From Octopus bimaculoides (taxonomy: Eukaryota), in assembly GCF_001194135.2 (NCBI RefSeq), contig NC_069009.1, positions 6,336,845 through 6,381,852 on the forward strand: a stretch of 45,008 nucleotides of DNA, in the 5' to 3' direction. The notes below the pieces were generated by a model. The model was not told the origin of the DNA. It worked only from the letters and a program-made list of their open reading frames with translations, and did not search any database. A program made the translations under genes and the position numbers. Within the stretch, counting starts at the first letter, position 1, and each line of letters opens with the position of its first letter. Positions 1-11,489 of the stretch are shown here, in pieces.

Positions 1-150
1 AAGAACTTTTAAATAAGTTCTCCACCGATAATGGTGTTTACATACCGAAGGGCTTGGTAAAAATTATTAATTGTTGATTTATTAATAAATTAATAAATTG
101 ATAAACCTTTACCCTTTTAATTGTAATATATATATATATATATATATATA

Positions 151-516
151 CGTAGGTGCAGCCATGATTATGTGGTAAGTGTCTTCTACTATAACCTTGG
201 GCTGACCAAAGCTCTGTGAGTGGATTTGGTAGATGAAAACTGAAAGAAGCCTGTCATATATATATGTATTTGGGTGTGTTTGTGTGTGTGTGTGTATATG
301 TATGTGTGCATGTCTGTGCTTGTCCCTCACCTTCATCTGATAGCCAGTGTTGGTTTGTTTACATCCCTGTAACTTAGCAGTTCAGCAAACAGAGCTCAAC
401 AGAATAAGTACCAGGGTTAGGGTTAGGGCGATTCCTTTGACTAAAATTCTTTGAAGTGGTGCTCCAGCATGGTCACAGCCTTATAACTGAAGGCAAGTAA
501 AAGATAAAAATAAAAT
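151..516 (+). mobile_element. SINE family A copy (tRNA-like head partly deleted, internal TA/TG microsatellite)
   Basis: Shares the blocks TCTTCTACTATA..., GTGAGTGGATTTGGTAGA-GAAACTGAAAGAAGCC and GTGCTCCAGCATGG...AAGTAAAAGA with more than 15 other copies in the window. Confidence 0.85.
413..428 (+). repeat. Short TTAGGG-type run inside SINE A
   Basis: AGGGTTAGGGTTAGGG stands where other family A copies read GGCTTACAAAGAATAAGTCCTGGGGT. Confidence 0.6.
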
Positions 517-844
517 ATTCTGTGTATCTTCTTCGCAGTTTAAAATTCAAGCTTCTAATCCTGTTATGGTTAATCTTGAAACGATTATCTCTTTCTAATT
601 GCTGCCAGAGCATCCCGTACATTCAGACATCAAAGTGAATTTGTTTATAATACCTGCGGGCTACGAAGAAGTATAAAGTCTTAGAAAGTGAGAGCCACAT
701 GTGTCTTCCAAATTGGAGACTAACAAAAATTCTTCAAACACCTTAAGAGCCATCTGTGGCTCTCAGACTCTCATTATGGCATTTTTGATTCCACTAAAGA
801 TATAATGTAATAAATAAAAAGAAATCCTTGCTTTAATCATAACT

Positions 845-1642
845 TAATATGATCATTTCTGAGACAGATCTTTATTTTATGATACGAATCATACGTTGTA
901 AAGTGATTTAAATTAGAAATTTGCTTCAGAATTATATATTCGTTTATGTTTCGAACAACAGCTAAATAATGGTCATTTTAGTAAATTCTTCATTAATTTC
1001 AAAATTAATTGAAACAAAAGCAGTGTATTTTAACAGAATATGGTATCAAAAGGTTAAAATGGATCTAAATTAAAACCTTCCATCAAAATTTCAACTTAAT
1101 ATATGGTCTAAACTCCAGCTTAATAACAACAAAATTATTTCAACTAAATTCTTCATAATTTCCAAATTGATTGAAAAAAAAAGTAGCATATTTCAAGAGA
1201 AATATGGTAACAAAGGATTAATTTATGTTCCAAACATCAGTTTAAGACAAAATTATTTTTACTAAACGCTGCATTATTTTCAAAACTGTTGGAAATGAAG
1301 GTAAGTGTATTGCAACACAAATATGATAACCAAAGGGTTAAAGTGATCTAAAGTAAAACCTTTCACAAAATTTCATGTTAATTCATGTTCCAACCTCCAG
1401 ATTAATAATGGCAAAATTCTTTTCCTAATTCTTCATTATTAATCAAATTAATCGAAAGAAAGCCAGTGTATGTCAGTGGAAATATGGTAACAAAAGAGTT
1501 AAAGTGATCTAAATTAAAACCTTTTATCAGAGTTTCATGTTAATTTAAATTCCAAACACCAGTTTAATAACGACAAAGTTATTTTACTGAAGTGTTCATT
1601 ATTTTAAAAATTAATTCAAACAAAGGCAATATATTTCAACAA
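845..1642 (+). repeat. Tandem array (~5 units, ~161 bp) derived from a piggyBac-like MITE; locus 1
   Basis: Recurrent unit ...GAAATATGGTAACAAAAGGGTTAA-AGTGATCTAAATTAAAACCTT...; the period is 161 bp between 1338 and 1499. Same unit as 33950-36080. Confidence 0.85.
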
Positions 1643-1654
1643 ACACATGCAAAG

Positions 1655-1803
1655 ATGCAGACATTGTTGTGTGGTAAGAAGCTTGCTTCCGAACCACATA
1701 GTTCCAGGTTCAGTCCCTTTGGTAAGTGACTTCTACTATATCCTCAGGCTGACCAAAGCCTTGTGAGTGGATTTGGTAGACGAAAACTGAAAGAACTCTA
1801 TTT

Positions 1804-1836
<33 letters not shown>

Positions 1837-2056
1837 ATGTCTGTGTTTCTCCCTTCACTGCTTGACAACCAGTGTTGGTTTGTCTACATTCCTGCAATTC
1901 AACTTTACAGCAAAAGAGAATGAGAGAATATAAAACTAAAAAAAAAAACAACTAAAATATGGACTGAGGTCAATTTGTTTGACTAAAAGTTCTTCAAGGA
2001 TGTGCTCCAGCATGACCTCAGTCTAATGATTGAAACAAGCAAATGGCAAACGATAA
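1655..2056 (+). mobile_element. SINE family A copy
   Basis: Head GTGTGGTAAGAAGCTTGCTTCC with B-box-like GGTTCAGTCCC, central block, internal (TG)n, tail CAGCATGACCTCAGTCTAATGATTGAAACAAG. Confidence 0.85.
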
Positions 2057-2281
2057 ATATGACAAAAGCATAAATTATAAAGGTAAAACGTGGTGAGTAA
2101 ACACAAACCTATCCAATTTGTGTTTGGAGGTGAAAGGTTTATGGTAAGAGAAATAATAATGAAGTCAGCAGAAAGGAAAGACATGGAATTATGGTCAACA
2201 TATGGCATGTAATATGGTGAGCGGTAGAATGTTTTGTATGCCAAAGAAAATGCTTGGCAGCATTTCTACCTGCTTTTCTTA

Positions 2282-3478
2282 GGAGGTGGTATCAAAACGT
2301 TTCTGGACTGGTTCTGTAGTACGCCAACAGATGGCAGCACACGGTTGTGTGCACAGTGAGAGCAAGCAGTGACCTTCATGAGGCAGTGTGTTGAGTGACA
2401 TCACTGCGTTTGCTTTGCAAATCGGGCAGTTTGTGTTTTTGTGATCACGGGTATGCTGTAGTCTGTGATTCTTGTCATGGACAGGAATAAAGAACCAACG
2501 TGAAATTTTGTGTTAAACTTGGGAAGTCTGCTACAGAGACATTGAGCATGCTTTGGCAAGCTTACAGTGATGAGGCAACGAGTCATACAAGATGTTCTGA
2601 GTGGCAAATGTGCTTCACAAGCAAAAGAACCTTCCGGGAAGATGACGAGCGATCTGGAAGACCTGCCACAAGCGTCACCCCTGGAAATGTGGTATTGTGC
2701 ATCGAGAATTCAGCCCCCACCCCAGCTCAGACAGTCAGCTGTAATGTTTGGAAGCATTTGAGGGACAGCATTCAGTGAAAGCAACTGGATCTGTGGAGCA
2801 CAAAGAATTGGATTCTTCACAACAACAAAGAACCTTGTCACCAAGCTCTCTTCATTCTGGAGTTTCTCACCAAAAATAACATGGCATCATTCTTCTGTAC
2901 CCACCCTTTTTACCAGATTTAGCATCTGCAGACTTCCGTCTCTTCCCCAAGATGAAAATGCAGCTCAGAGATCACTGCTTTAACACCATTGTTGAGATCC
3001 AGAGTGAATCACAGAAGGCCCTTAACCCATTACCTACCAGTGATCTCAAATGAGATCACTTAAAAATTACAAATTTCGTAATTATCTCTCAATATTTACA
3101 CATATCTAACCTTTTTGCTTTATCTACAAGATATATTTCTCTGATATTCAAATGAGGTTTGCTAATTTTTCACCCAATATCTCGCTTATTTCTATTTGAA
3201 ATGTTATTTTGATCATTCCAGCGTGTTTCTAAGACTGTTTTATGCTAGAAATCAAAGTTTCATAAAAAAAATTCCAGTTAATAGAATTATGGGAGGTAAT
3301 GGGTTAACTTGCTTACAGAAAACAACTCCCAGACCAGATTCCAAAAATGGCAGGAATGCTGGGAGTGGTGTATTGCTGCACAAGGTGACTATTTCGAAGA
3401 AGATAATGTTAAACCTTAGGTAAATAAGTTATTTTTTTATTAAACATGACAAATCCAGGAAGCTTTTGATAACACTTC
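2282..3478 (+). mobile_element. Decayed mariner (DD34D-type) transposon, internally deleted, with degenerate TIRs
   Basis: Frames give KFCVKLGKSATETLSML..AY.DEA..EDDERSGRPATS, then WILHNNKEPCH, PDLASADFRLFPKMK, and after the nested MITE FQKWQECWEWCIAAQGDYFEEDN. Left TIR GAGGTGGTATCAAAACGTTTCTGGA matches the reverse complement of the right TIR TCCAGGAAGCTTTTGATAACACTTC. Confidence 0.9.
3026..3303. mobile_element. piggyBac-like MITE (278 bp) with TTAA target-site duplication
   Basis: TTAA(3022-25)-CCCATTACCTACC ... GGGAGGTAATGGG-TTAA(3304-07); TIRs match 12/13. Perfect subterminal palindrome AGTGATCTCA-AA-TGAGATCACT at 3039-3060. It interrupts the mariner coding remnant. Confidence 0.9.
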
Positions 3479-3699
3479 ACATTCTGAGTTCAAATTTCAC
3501 AGAAGTTGACTTTGCCTTTCATCCCTTCAAGGTCAATAAAATAAAGTACCAGTCAAGTACTGGGGTCGATGTAATCAACTTGTTCCCTCCATTCAAAGAA
3601 GCTGGCCTTGAAACCTGGAGAGTTAATTCCCATCCTTGCTTTTCCGCATTTAGCTGTGTACCCATTCAGTGCATGCTGGACATCACTTCTGACGATTCA

Positions 3700-3795
3700 A
3701 AAACAAGCAGAAACCTTCATCCTACCAAGTTAATCGTGCACAATATCCTCAACTCTCTCATGAGATATTCTAATAGCATTGGCTGTTGGATTTAT
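3700..3795 (-). pseudogene. Small mariner transposase remnant (second HTH region)
   Basis: Minus strand reads ANAIRISHERVEDIVHD*LGRMKVSAC, resembling mariner GISHERV..IL...LGM.KVSARWVP. Confidence 0.55.
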
Positions 3796-3799
3796 AGCA

Positions 3800-3841
<42 letters not shown>

Positions 3842-3950
3842 GGAGTAAGCACATGAAATGTGCAACAAGGTGGAAAAAAGAGTACTCAAATACCAGAGGT
3901 AGAGTAATATGCTTTATTTAAAAGCAGCAGATGCTGCTTTNNNNNNNNNN

Positions 3951-4323
3951 TATATATATACGACAGGCTTCTTTCAGTTTCCATCTACCAAACCCACTTA
4001 CAACGCTTTGGTTGATAAATGACACATGCCCAAGCTGCTACAGAATGGGATTGAACCTGGAACCATGTAATTGGGAAGCAAGTTCCTTACCACACAGTCA
4101 CGTCTGCACCTATGTGTGTGTGTGTGTGTGTGCATGTGTGTGCATGTGCGTGTGTGAAATGGATTTTTTTCAGTATCTGTTGAGAAAATTCAGTCACAAG
4201 GCTTTCATCAGCCCGTGGCTATAGAAGAAGATGCTTTCCCAAGGTGCCATGCATTGGAACTGAACCTAGAACCACATGATTATAGAAAGCAAACTTCTTA
4301 CCACACAGCCACCCCTGCACCTG
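3951..4323 (-). mobile_element. Two 5' halves of SINE A in tandem (3951-4110, 4160-4323)
   Basis: Reverse-complement head CTTACCACACAGCCAC...TGCACCT and central block GGCTTCTTTCAGTTTCC. Confidence 0.8.
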
Positions 4324-5425
4324 TAATGTTGTAATCTTCATGATTTATCTGCCAGAGAAACCAAAACCAGGTAACTAGTCCCAGGGCTCCAGAAAAACGA
4401 AAAAACGAACAAACAAAACAAATGAAATACGTGTGAGAGAACATAAGAGACGTACTTCTCTCCAAGAGTATCTTTAGATGGAATTCTTAATTTGTTTAAA
4501 TAATTAAGCTATTAATTTTAGTCAAAGAATTAAGCCATAAAGATTTTTTGAAATTTAATATTCCTGAAAAAGCGCCCTGTTAGTTTCTCAATATTTTCCA
4601 CCAAAGGGACCGTTTAATTACATTTTGATATTATTAATATTATNNNNNNNNNNNNNNNNNNNNNNNNNNNNNNNNNNNNNNNNNNNNNNNNNNNNNNNNN
4701 NNNNNNNNNNNNNNNNNNNNNNNNNNNNNNNNNNNNNNNNNNNNNNNNNNNNNNNNNNNNNNNNNNNNNNNNNNNNNNNNNNNNNNNNNNNNNNNNNNNN
4801 NNNNNNNNNNNNNNNNNNNNNNNNNNNNNNNNNNNNNNNNNNNNNNNNNNNNNNNNNNNNNNNNNNNNNNNNNNNNNNNNNNNNNNNNNNNNNNNNNNNN
4901 NNNNNNNNNNNNNNNNNNNNNNNNNNNNNNNNNNNNNNNNNNNNNNNNNNNNNNNNNNNNNNNNNNNNNNNNNNNNNNNNNNNNNNNNNNNNNNNNNNNN
5001 NNNNNNNNNNNNNNNNNNNNNNNNNNNNNNNNNNNNNNNNNNNNNNNNNNNNNNNNNNNNNNNNNNNNNNNNNNNNNNNNNNNNNNNNNNNNNNNNNNNN
5101 NNNNNNNNNNNNNNNNNNNNNNNNNNNNNNNNNNNNNNNNNNNNNNNNNNNNNNNNNNNNNNNNNNNNNNNNNNNNNNNNNNNNNNNNNNNNNNNNNNNN
5201 NNNNNNNNNNNNNNNNNNNNNNNNNNNNNNNNNNNNNNNNNNNNNNNNNNNNNNNNNNNNNNNNNNNNNNNNNNNNNNNNNNNNNNNNNNNNNNNNNNNN
5301 NNNNNNNNNNNNNNNNNNNNNNNNNNNNNNNNNNNNNNNNNNNNNNNNNNNNNNNNNNNNNNNNNNNNNNNNNNNNNNNNNNNNNNNNNNNNNNNNNNNN
5401 NNNNNNNNNNNNNNNNNNNNNNNNN

Positions 5426-5742
5426 NGCATGTCTTAGTGGTTTAGACTGCCGATCTTATGACCATGAGGTTGTGAGTTCAAATCCTGGACCAGGCTGCGT
5501 GTTCTGTTCTTGAGCAAGACACTTTATTTCACATTGCTCCAGTTCGCTCAGCTGTAGAAATGAATTGCAACGACACTGGTGCCAAGCTGTATCAGCCCCT
5601 TTCCTTTCCCTTGGGTAACACCAGTGGTGTAGAGAGGGGAGGCTGGAATGCATGGGCGACTGCTGGTCTTCCATAAACAACCTTGCCCAAACTTCTGCCT
5701 CGGAGGGGGAACATCCTAGTTGCAATCCCATGGTCATTTGTG

Positions 5743-5745
<3 letters not shown>
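5426..5745 (+). mobile_element. SINE family C (tRNA-like head, CORE/V/Meta-like central motif, (CAT)n tail)
   Basis: TTAGTGGTTTAGA... and B-box GAGTTCAAATCC, then GTTCTTGAGCAAGACACTTTATTTCACATTGCTCC. Confidence 0.65.
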
Positions 5746-5777
<32 letters not shown>

Positions 5778-5798
5778 TATTATTATTATTATTATAAT

Positions 5799-6050
5799 TG
5801 AGGGTGTATGGCCTATTGGTTAGAGTAACACATTCATGATCAATTGTGTTCTTGAGCAAAATACTTCACTTCATGTTGCTCTGTGATCACTTCAACACCT
5901 GACATGTGGTACTCCATGCACCTGTTCAGACAACATTGATTTGATGGAGAGAGTGAGCTGATGTGCCACATAAACATTTGATCCCTATAAACAAATCCTT
6001 TGTGAGGGTCATTCGGCAGACAGCTGAAAACCCAGATGATTATTCATATA
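5799..6050 (+). mobile_element. SINE-like element, family F
   Basis: A-box-like TGGCCTATTGGTTAGAG and the same GTGTTCTTGAGCAAAATACTT motif as family C, followed by a different body. Confidence 0.5.
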
Positions 6051-6124
6051 CACACAATAGATTAGACTGTTGGGAAAGAAAAATTCCTAATAGCAGGCTA
6101 TAACAAATAACCATTATTCATTAT

Positions 6125-6281
6125 TAATAATAATAATCCTTTCTACTATAAGCACAAGACCTGAAATATTTGGTGGTGTGGGGCTGGTCAATTACATCCA
6201 CCCAAGTACTCAATAAAGTCCCATTTGAGAACTGGAGTCGTTGCAATCGACCAGCCCCCTACCCAAAATTAGTAGAAAGGA

Positions 6282-6312
<31 letters not shown>

Positions 6313-6330
6313 TATTATTATTATTATTTC
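6125..6330. mobile_element. Two headless SINE B 3' ends in inverted orientation
   Basis: Minus-strand tail (TCCTTTCTACTATAAGCACAAG) joined at ~6210 to a plus-strand tail ending AGTAGAAAGGATTATT. Confidence 0.6.
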
Positions 6331-6334
6331 AGTT

Positions 6335-6540
6335 ATCAATGTGGTGAGCTGACAGAATCGTTAGCATACTGTGCAAAATTTTTAGCACCGTTTCATCTGT
6401 CTGTACATTCTGGAGGGGGGGGGGTCAACAAAATAAATACCAGTTGAACACTGGGGTCGACATCATCAACTAGTCCTCCTCTCGCAAAATTTCAGGCCTT
6501 GTGTTTTTAGTAGAAAGGATTTTTATTATTATTATTATTG

Positions 6541-6578
<38 letters not shown>

Positions 6579-6589
6579 ATTATTATTAA

Positions 6590-6620
<31 letters not shown>
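6335..6620 (+). mobile_element. SINE family B copy with (ATT)n tail
   Basis: GGTGAGCTGACAGAATCGTTAGCA head; TTTCAGGCCTTGTG...AGTAGAAAGGA tail. Confidence 0.8.
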
Positions 6621-6622
<2 letters not shown>

Positions 6623-6877
6623 CATTGTTGTTGTTGTTGCTGTTGTTGCTGTGTAATGTGATTGGTGCCGAAATGTTCTGATATTTACAAATTGGTTCAG
6701 AAGAACGAATTATATCCCAACTAAACCTGTTTGTAAAACTGCAATTATTTAACTTTGAGCTAGAGATCTCCCTTAAACTATCTTAATCTTATATATATCT
6801 AGAGCAAATAGTAACCCTAAACCTATTTAATGCCACTGCTTCAGTAACCCCATTTAGTCTCACACACATTATATTCA

Positions 6878-6953
<76 letters not shown>

Positions 6954-7174
6954 CTATGAATATGTACATATGTATGTGAATTAATTAGAAAATGAATGAC
7001 ACAGACTGTGGGTTACCTAATTGCCTCGATTAACTTACAGCTATATTAGCAGAAACAACTGTAAGCTAATGAAAGTCATTATGTGAATGCTGTTCTTTTT
7101 GTGATTCATTTATTAATTGATATTAAAACGTTTACTGATTGTCTGGTACATGTAACAGTCTGGAGCTGAGGACT

Positions 7175-7197
7175 TAGTAGACAGAAACTGAAAGAAG

Positions 7198-7258
<61 letters not shown>

Positions 7259-7875
7259 CATGTATATGTCTTTGTTTCCATGTTTGTCCTACCATCACTG
7301 CTTGATGACTGGTGTTGGTGTGTTTGCATCCCCATAACTTAGCAGTTTGGCTAAAGGGAGCTGATAGAATAATTACCAAGTGAAAAAAAAAAATGGTTCC
7401 AGGGTTGAACTAAAATTTCTTTAAGGCAATGCCCCGGCATGGCCACACTCTAAAGACTAAATTATGTAAAAGATAAAAGATATATATACATATATATAGG
7501 CACAGGCGTGGCTGAGTGGTAAGAGGCTTGCTTCCCAGCCACATGGTTCCGGGTTCAGTCCCACTGCATGGCATCTTGTGCACATGTCTTCTACTATAGC
7601 CTCGGGCCGAACAAAGCACTGTGAGTGGATTTGATAGAAGGAAACTAAAAGAAGCCCATCCTGCATATATATATATATATATATATAGATATATTGACAA
7701 CTGATGTTGGTATGTTTACATCACTGTAACTTAGCAGTTTGGCAAAAGAGACTGATAGAAGAAATACTGGGCTTACAAAGAATAAGTCCTGGGGTCAATT
7801 TCTTTGACTAAAAAAGCCTTTAAGGTGCTACTCCAGCATGGCCACAGTCAAATGACTAATACAAGTAAAAGAAAA
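7175..7875 (+). mobile_element. Two SINE A copies: 5'-truncated 7175-7475 and full-length 7499-7875
   Basis: The full copy has A-box TGGCTGAGTGG, B-box-like GGTTCAGTCCC, central block, internal (TA)n and tail GGCCACAGTCAAATGACT...AAGTAAAAGA. Confidence 0.9.
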
Positions 7876-7930
7876 TCATATATGTATATATATATACACA
7901 CATATGTATGTATATACATGTGTGTGTGTA

Positions 7931-7983
<53 letters not shown>

Positions 7984-8261
7984 ATATATATGGGAGTGGA
8001 ATCTGTAGAGACATTATCTAAGTGGTCTTAAGTTTAGATATTAAAAACATATGTTTGATAAGAAGGGACTAAATTATCCAACAATAACATATGCGTTGTA
8101 ATCTCATTTGGGATGTGTATAAACCTTCCCTGTCATTTAGGTAAGCTCTGTGTGTGTATATAGGTGTATATATGTGTGTGTGGGTGGGGTGTCTGCTTGC
8201 ATACCCTCATATATATATATATGTGTCCTAGAATTTGTGCATATGTGCATAAATCCTGCTT

Positions 8262-8302
<41 letters not shown>

Positions 8303-8690
8303 ATACATATGTAAAATATATACACACACACACACATGTCTGTGTGTGTGTGCATGCGTATGTATGTATATGTGTGTATCTCTATCTGTCTTTATATATA
8401 TGATATCCGATTATATATATATATATGAGTATGTATACATTATATATATGCATATATGCACATATATATATGCATGTATACATATATATACACACACATA
8501 AACATATAGCTGTGTATGTGTATATAAATTATATATATATATATATACTTGATACAGACACACAAATCTATATGTATATATATACAGGAATATGTATGTA
8601 TAAATACATATATATACACACATACAGATGCATAATACAGACAGATGTATATGTATATATATATACAGGTATATGTATGTATAGAAACAA

Positions 8691-8730
<40 letters not shown>

Positions 8731-8870
8731 GTAAACACATGCACATACACACACACATGCACAAATATATGTTTGTGTATTTATGGAAATATGCAAATAT
8801 GTGTGAGTGTGTGTCTGTGTTTGTATATGTATACAGGTGAGTGTATATATGGCTATGAGGGTAAATGAAC
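7876..8870. repeat. Long compound (TA)/(TG)/(CA) dinucleotide mosaic
   Basis: Largely alternating purine-pyrimidine sequence, interrupted by a non-repeat stretch at ~7995-8145. Confidence 0.9.
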
Positions 8871-9081
8871 CGATGGATATCTACATGTAAATATGTATAT
8901 ACACACGCAGGATTAAGTGTGGAAGTGGGTAGGGAGATGTTAGGATTTAATTATCAGAAATAATAATGAATGACCAATAAAAAGGAGGAAAGTAAAGTTA
9001 TACTAAATACAGGGTCTATGGAAGGATATAAGGGATATAATTAAATACAGACTCATGCAGTGTCTTTTTTCACTAAGAATA

Positions 9082-9320
9082 TATACTCTTTTATTCTTTT
9101 ACTTGTTTCTGTCATTTGACTGCAGCCATGCTGGAGCACCACCTTAAAGGGTGTTAGTCAAAGAAATCACCCCAAGACTTATTCTTTGTGAACCAAGTAC
9201 TTATTCTATCAGTCTGTTTTGCTGAACCTCTAAGTTACAGGGACATAAACACGCCAGCATTGGTTGTTGTGTGATGGTGGGGGGACAAACACGCACACAT
9301 ATACACACACCAATATATAC

Positions 9321-9360
<40 letters not shown>

Positions 9361-9769
9361 NNNNNNNNNNNNNNNNNNNNNNNNNNNNNNNNNNNNNNNN
9401 NNNNNNNNNNNNNNNNNNNNNNNNNNNNNNNNNNNNNNNNNNNNNNNNNNNNNNNNNNNNNNNNNNNNNNNNNNNNNNNNNNNNNNNNNNNNNNNNNNNN
9501 NNNNNNNNNNNNNNNNNNNNNNNNNNNNNNNNNNNNNNNNNNNNNNNNNNNNNNNNNNNNNNNNNNNNNNNNNNNNNNNNNNNNTTGTGTGTGTGTGTGT
9601 GTGTGTATGATAAGCTTCTTTCAGTTTCCGCCTATTGAATCCATTCACAAGGCATTGGTTGGCTCAAAACTATAATAAAAGACACCTACCCAAGGTTCCA
9701 CACAGGGACTGAACCTGCAACCATGTGGCTGGGAAGCAAGCGTCTTCCCACACAGCCACGCCTGTGCCA
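9082..9769 (-). mobile_element. Full-length SINE A spanning an N gap at its internal microsatellite
   Basis: Tail CTCTTTTATTCTTTTACTTG at left; head CCACACAGCCACGCCTGTGCC at right. Confidence 0.85.
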
Positions 9770-9802
9770 ATAGAGGCATTTGAAAATTTTAATCCAGTTA
9801 AG

Positions 9803-10190
9803 TGCAAGTGTGGTTATGGAAGAAGTTTGCTTCCTAAGCAAAAGGTTCCAGGTTCAGTCCCACTGTGTGGCACATTGGGCAAGCCCCTTCTACTGTAGCC
9901 CCAAACTGACCAAATCTTTGTGATTGGATTTGATGGATGGTAAAGCCAATCGGATTTATCTTTTACTTGTTTCAGTCATTTGACTGTGGCCAAACTGGGG
10001 CACTGATTTGAAGGGTTTCTTATCATATAACAGACATCCACTCAGTTTCTGTCAACTGAATTTGCTAACTTGCCCAATGTATTAGTTGGCCTAAAACAGA
10101 AAACATTTGCCTAAGGTGCTGCACAGTAGGACTGAACCTAAATCCACATGGTTACAAAGTGACCCTCTTAACCATCCAGCTCTGCCAAGC
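9803..10190. mobile_element. SINE A fragments (plus-strand head 9803-9945; minus-strand pieces 9955-10190)
   Basis: GGTTCCAGGTTCAGTCCCACTGTGTGGCAC head, then reverse-complement tail and head blocks. Confidence 0.7.
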
Positions 10191-10489
10191 AAAACTTATA
10201 TTTTGTGTGGCTTGCAAGAAATACTGTCAGACGTAAATTAAGATGCCTGTACGGCTTCATTGGTGTCTCGCTACTTTAATTAAAATAAATAAATATATGT
10301 AATATAAATTTTAATTAACTGTAAAATCATTTATACGTTATATTAATTAAAATTAGTTCTTATCAGATTTATTATTGGGAGGATTAAAAACATATAACAT
10401 TATAGTAAGAATATAAAGACATGGTTTCTTATTTAATTATGGACTATGAAAACATGTAGGCTGTGAACTGGAATGGTTTTTAGACACTT

Positions 10490-10660
10490 ACACAATTAAG
10501 CCCTTCTCTCCCTAACGAGTAAGGGCCATTGGCTACTTTCTTCCAATGTCCTTCTCTCTAGTTTGAATCTGTGTTTTCCTCAGTTCTGTCTGAGTGTCCT
10601 TCTTCGTATATATTTCCCCCGAGGGAAAGCTTTCATCTATCAGATCTTAGTTCTGAATCG
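10490..10660 (-). pseudogene. Decayed C-terminus of an RTE-clade LINE ORF (family 2)
   Basis: Minus strand ...REGHWKKVANGPYSLGREGLN, paralleling the 11490-11800 remnant (WRKDVDRLCSLGREG). Confidence 0.45.
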
Positions 10661-10667
10661 TCATTAA

Positions 10668-10741
10668 TCATCATCATCATCATCGTCGTTTAACGTCCGC
10701 TTTCCATGCTAGCATGGGTTGGACGATTTGACTGAGGACTG
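10668..10741 (-). mobile_element. 3' end of RTE LINE family 1, running into a gap
   Basis: (CAT)n-CGTTTAACGTCCGCTTTCCATGCTAGCATGGGTTGGACGATTTGACTGAGGACTG, essentially identical to 20555-20630. Confidence 0.85.
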
Positions 10742-11489
10742 NNNNNNNNNNNNNNNNNNNNNNNNNNNNNNNNNNNNNNNNNNNNNNNNNNNNNNNNNNN
10801 NNNNNNNNNNNNNNNNNNNNNNNNNNNNNNNNNNNNNNNNNNNNNNNNNNNNNNNNNNNNNNNNNNNNNNNNNNNNNNNNNNNNNNNNNNNNNNNNNNNN
10901 NNNNNNNNNNNNNNNNNNNNNNNNNNNNNNNNNNNNNNNNNNNNNNNNNNNNNNNNNNNNNNNNNNNNNNNNNNNNNNNNNNNNNNNNNNNNNNNNNNNN
11001 NNNNNNNNNNNNNNNNNNNNNNNNNNNNNNNNNNNNNNNNNNNNNNNNNNNNNNNNNNNNNNNNNNNNNNNNNNNNNNNNNNNNNNNNNNNNNNNNNNNN
11101 NNNNNNNNNNNNNNNNNNNNNNNNNNNNNNNNNNNNNNNNNNNNNNNNNNNNNNNNNNNNNNNNNNNNNNNNNNNNNNNNNNNNNNNNNNNNNNNNNNNN
11201 NNNNNNNNNNNNNNNNNNNNNNNNNNNNNNNNNNNNNNNNNNNNNNNNNNNNNNNNNNNNNNNNNNNNNNNNNNNNNNNNNNNNNNNNNNNNNNNNNNNN
11301 NNNNNNNNNNNNNNNNNNNNNNNNNNNNNNNNNNNNNNNNNNNNNNNNNNNNNNNNNNNNNNNNNNNNNNNNNNNNNNNNNNNNNNNNNNNNNNNNNNNN
11401 NNNNNNNNNNNNNNNNNNNNNNNNNNNNNNNNNAGTTTTGAATTGTTGTTAATGCCCGTGTAATTCTGTTATTATCATCAGCTTTGCCT

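Larger units (their letters stand above)
2213..3620 (+). mobile_element. SINE family B copy split by a mariner insertion (head 2213-2281, remainder ~3479-3620)
   Basis: Degenerate head GGTGAGCGGTAGAAT...AAATGCTTGGCAGCATTTC lies left of the mariner. CATTCTGAGTTCAAATTTCACAGAAGTTGACTTTGCCTTTCATCC resumes immediately right of it, exactly where intact B copies continue. Confidence 0.7.

Noticed and set aside
689-765. 11-bp perfect inverted repeat TGAGAGCCACA...TGTGGCTCTCA, possibly an hAT-MITE subterminal motif
   Set aside because: No TIRs or 8-bp TSD could be identified; too little support.
3466-3921. 151-aa ORF
   Set aside because: A chance frame across a mariner TIR, a SINE B, an antisense mariner remnant and (TA)n.
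4618-5437. Long ORFs through N runs (also 10719, 20723, 24882, 27388, 30613 and others)
   Set aside because: They consist almost entirely of X; they are open only because N is not a stop codon.
7499-7570. SINE heads as functional tRNA genes
   Set aside because: A and B boxes are present, but there is no acceptor stem or cloverleaf and each continues into a SINE body.
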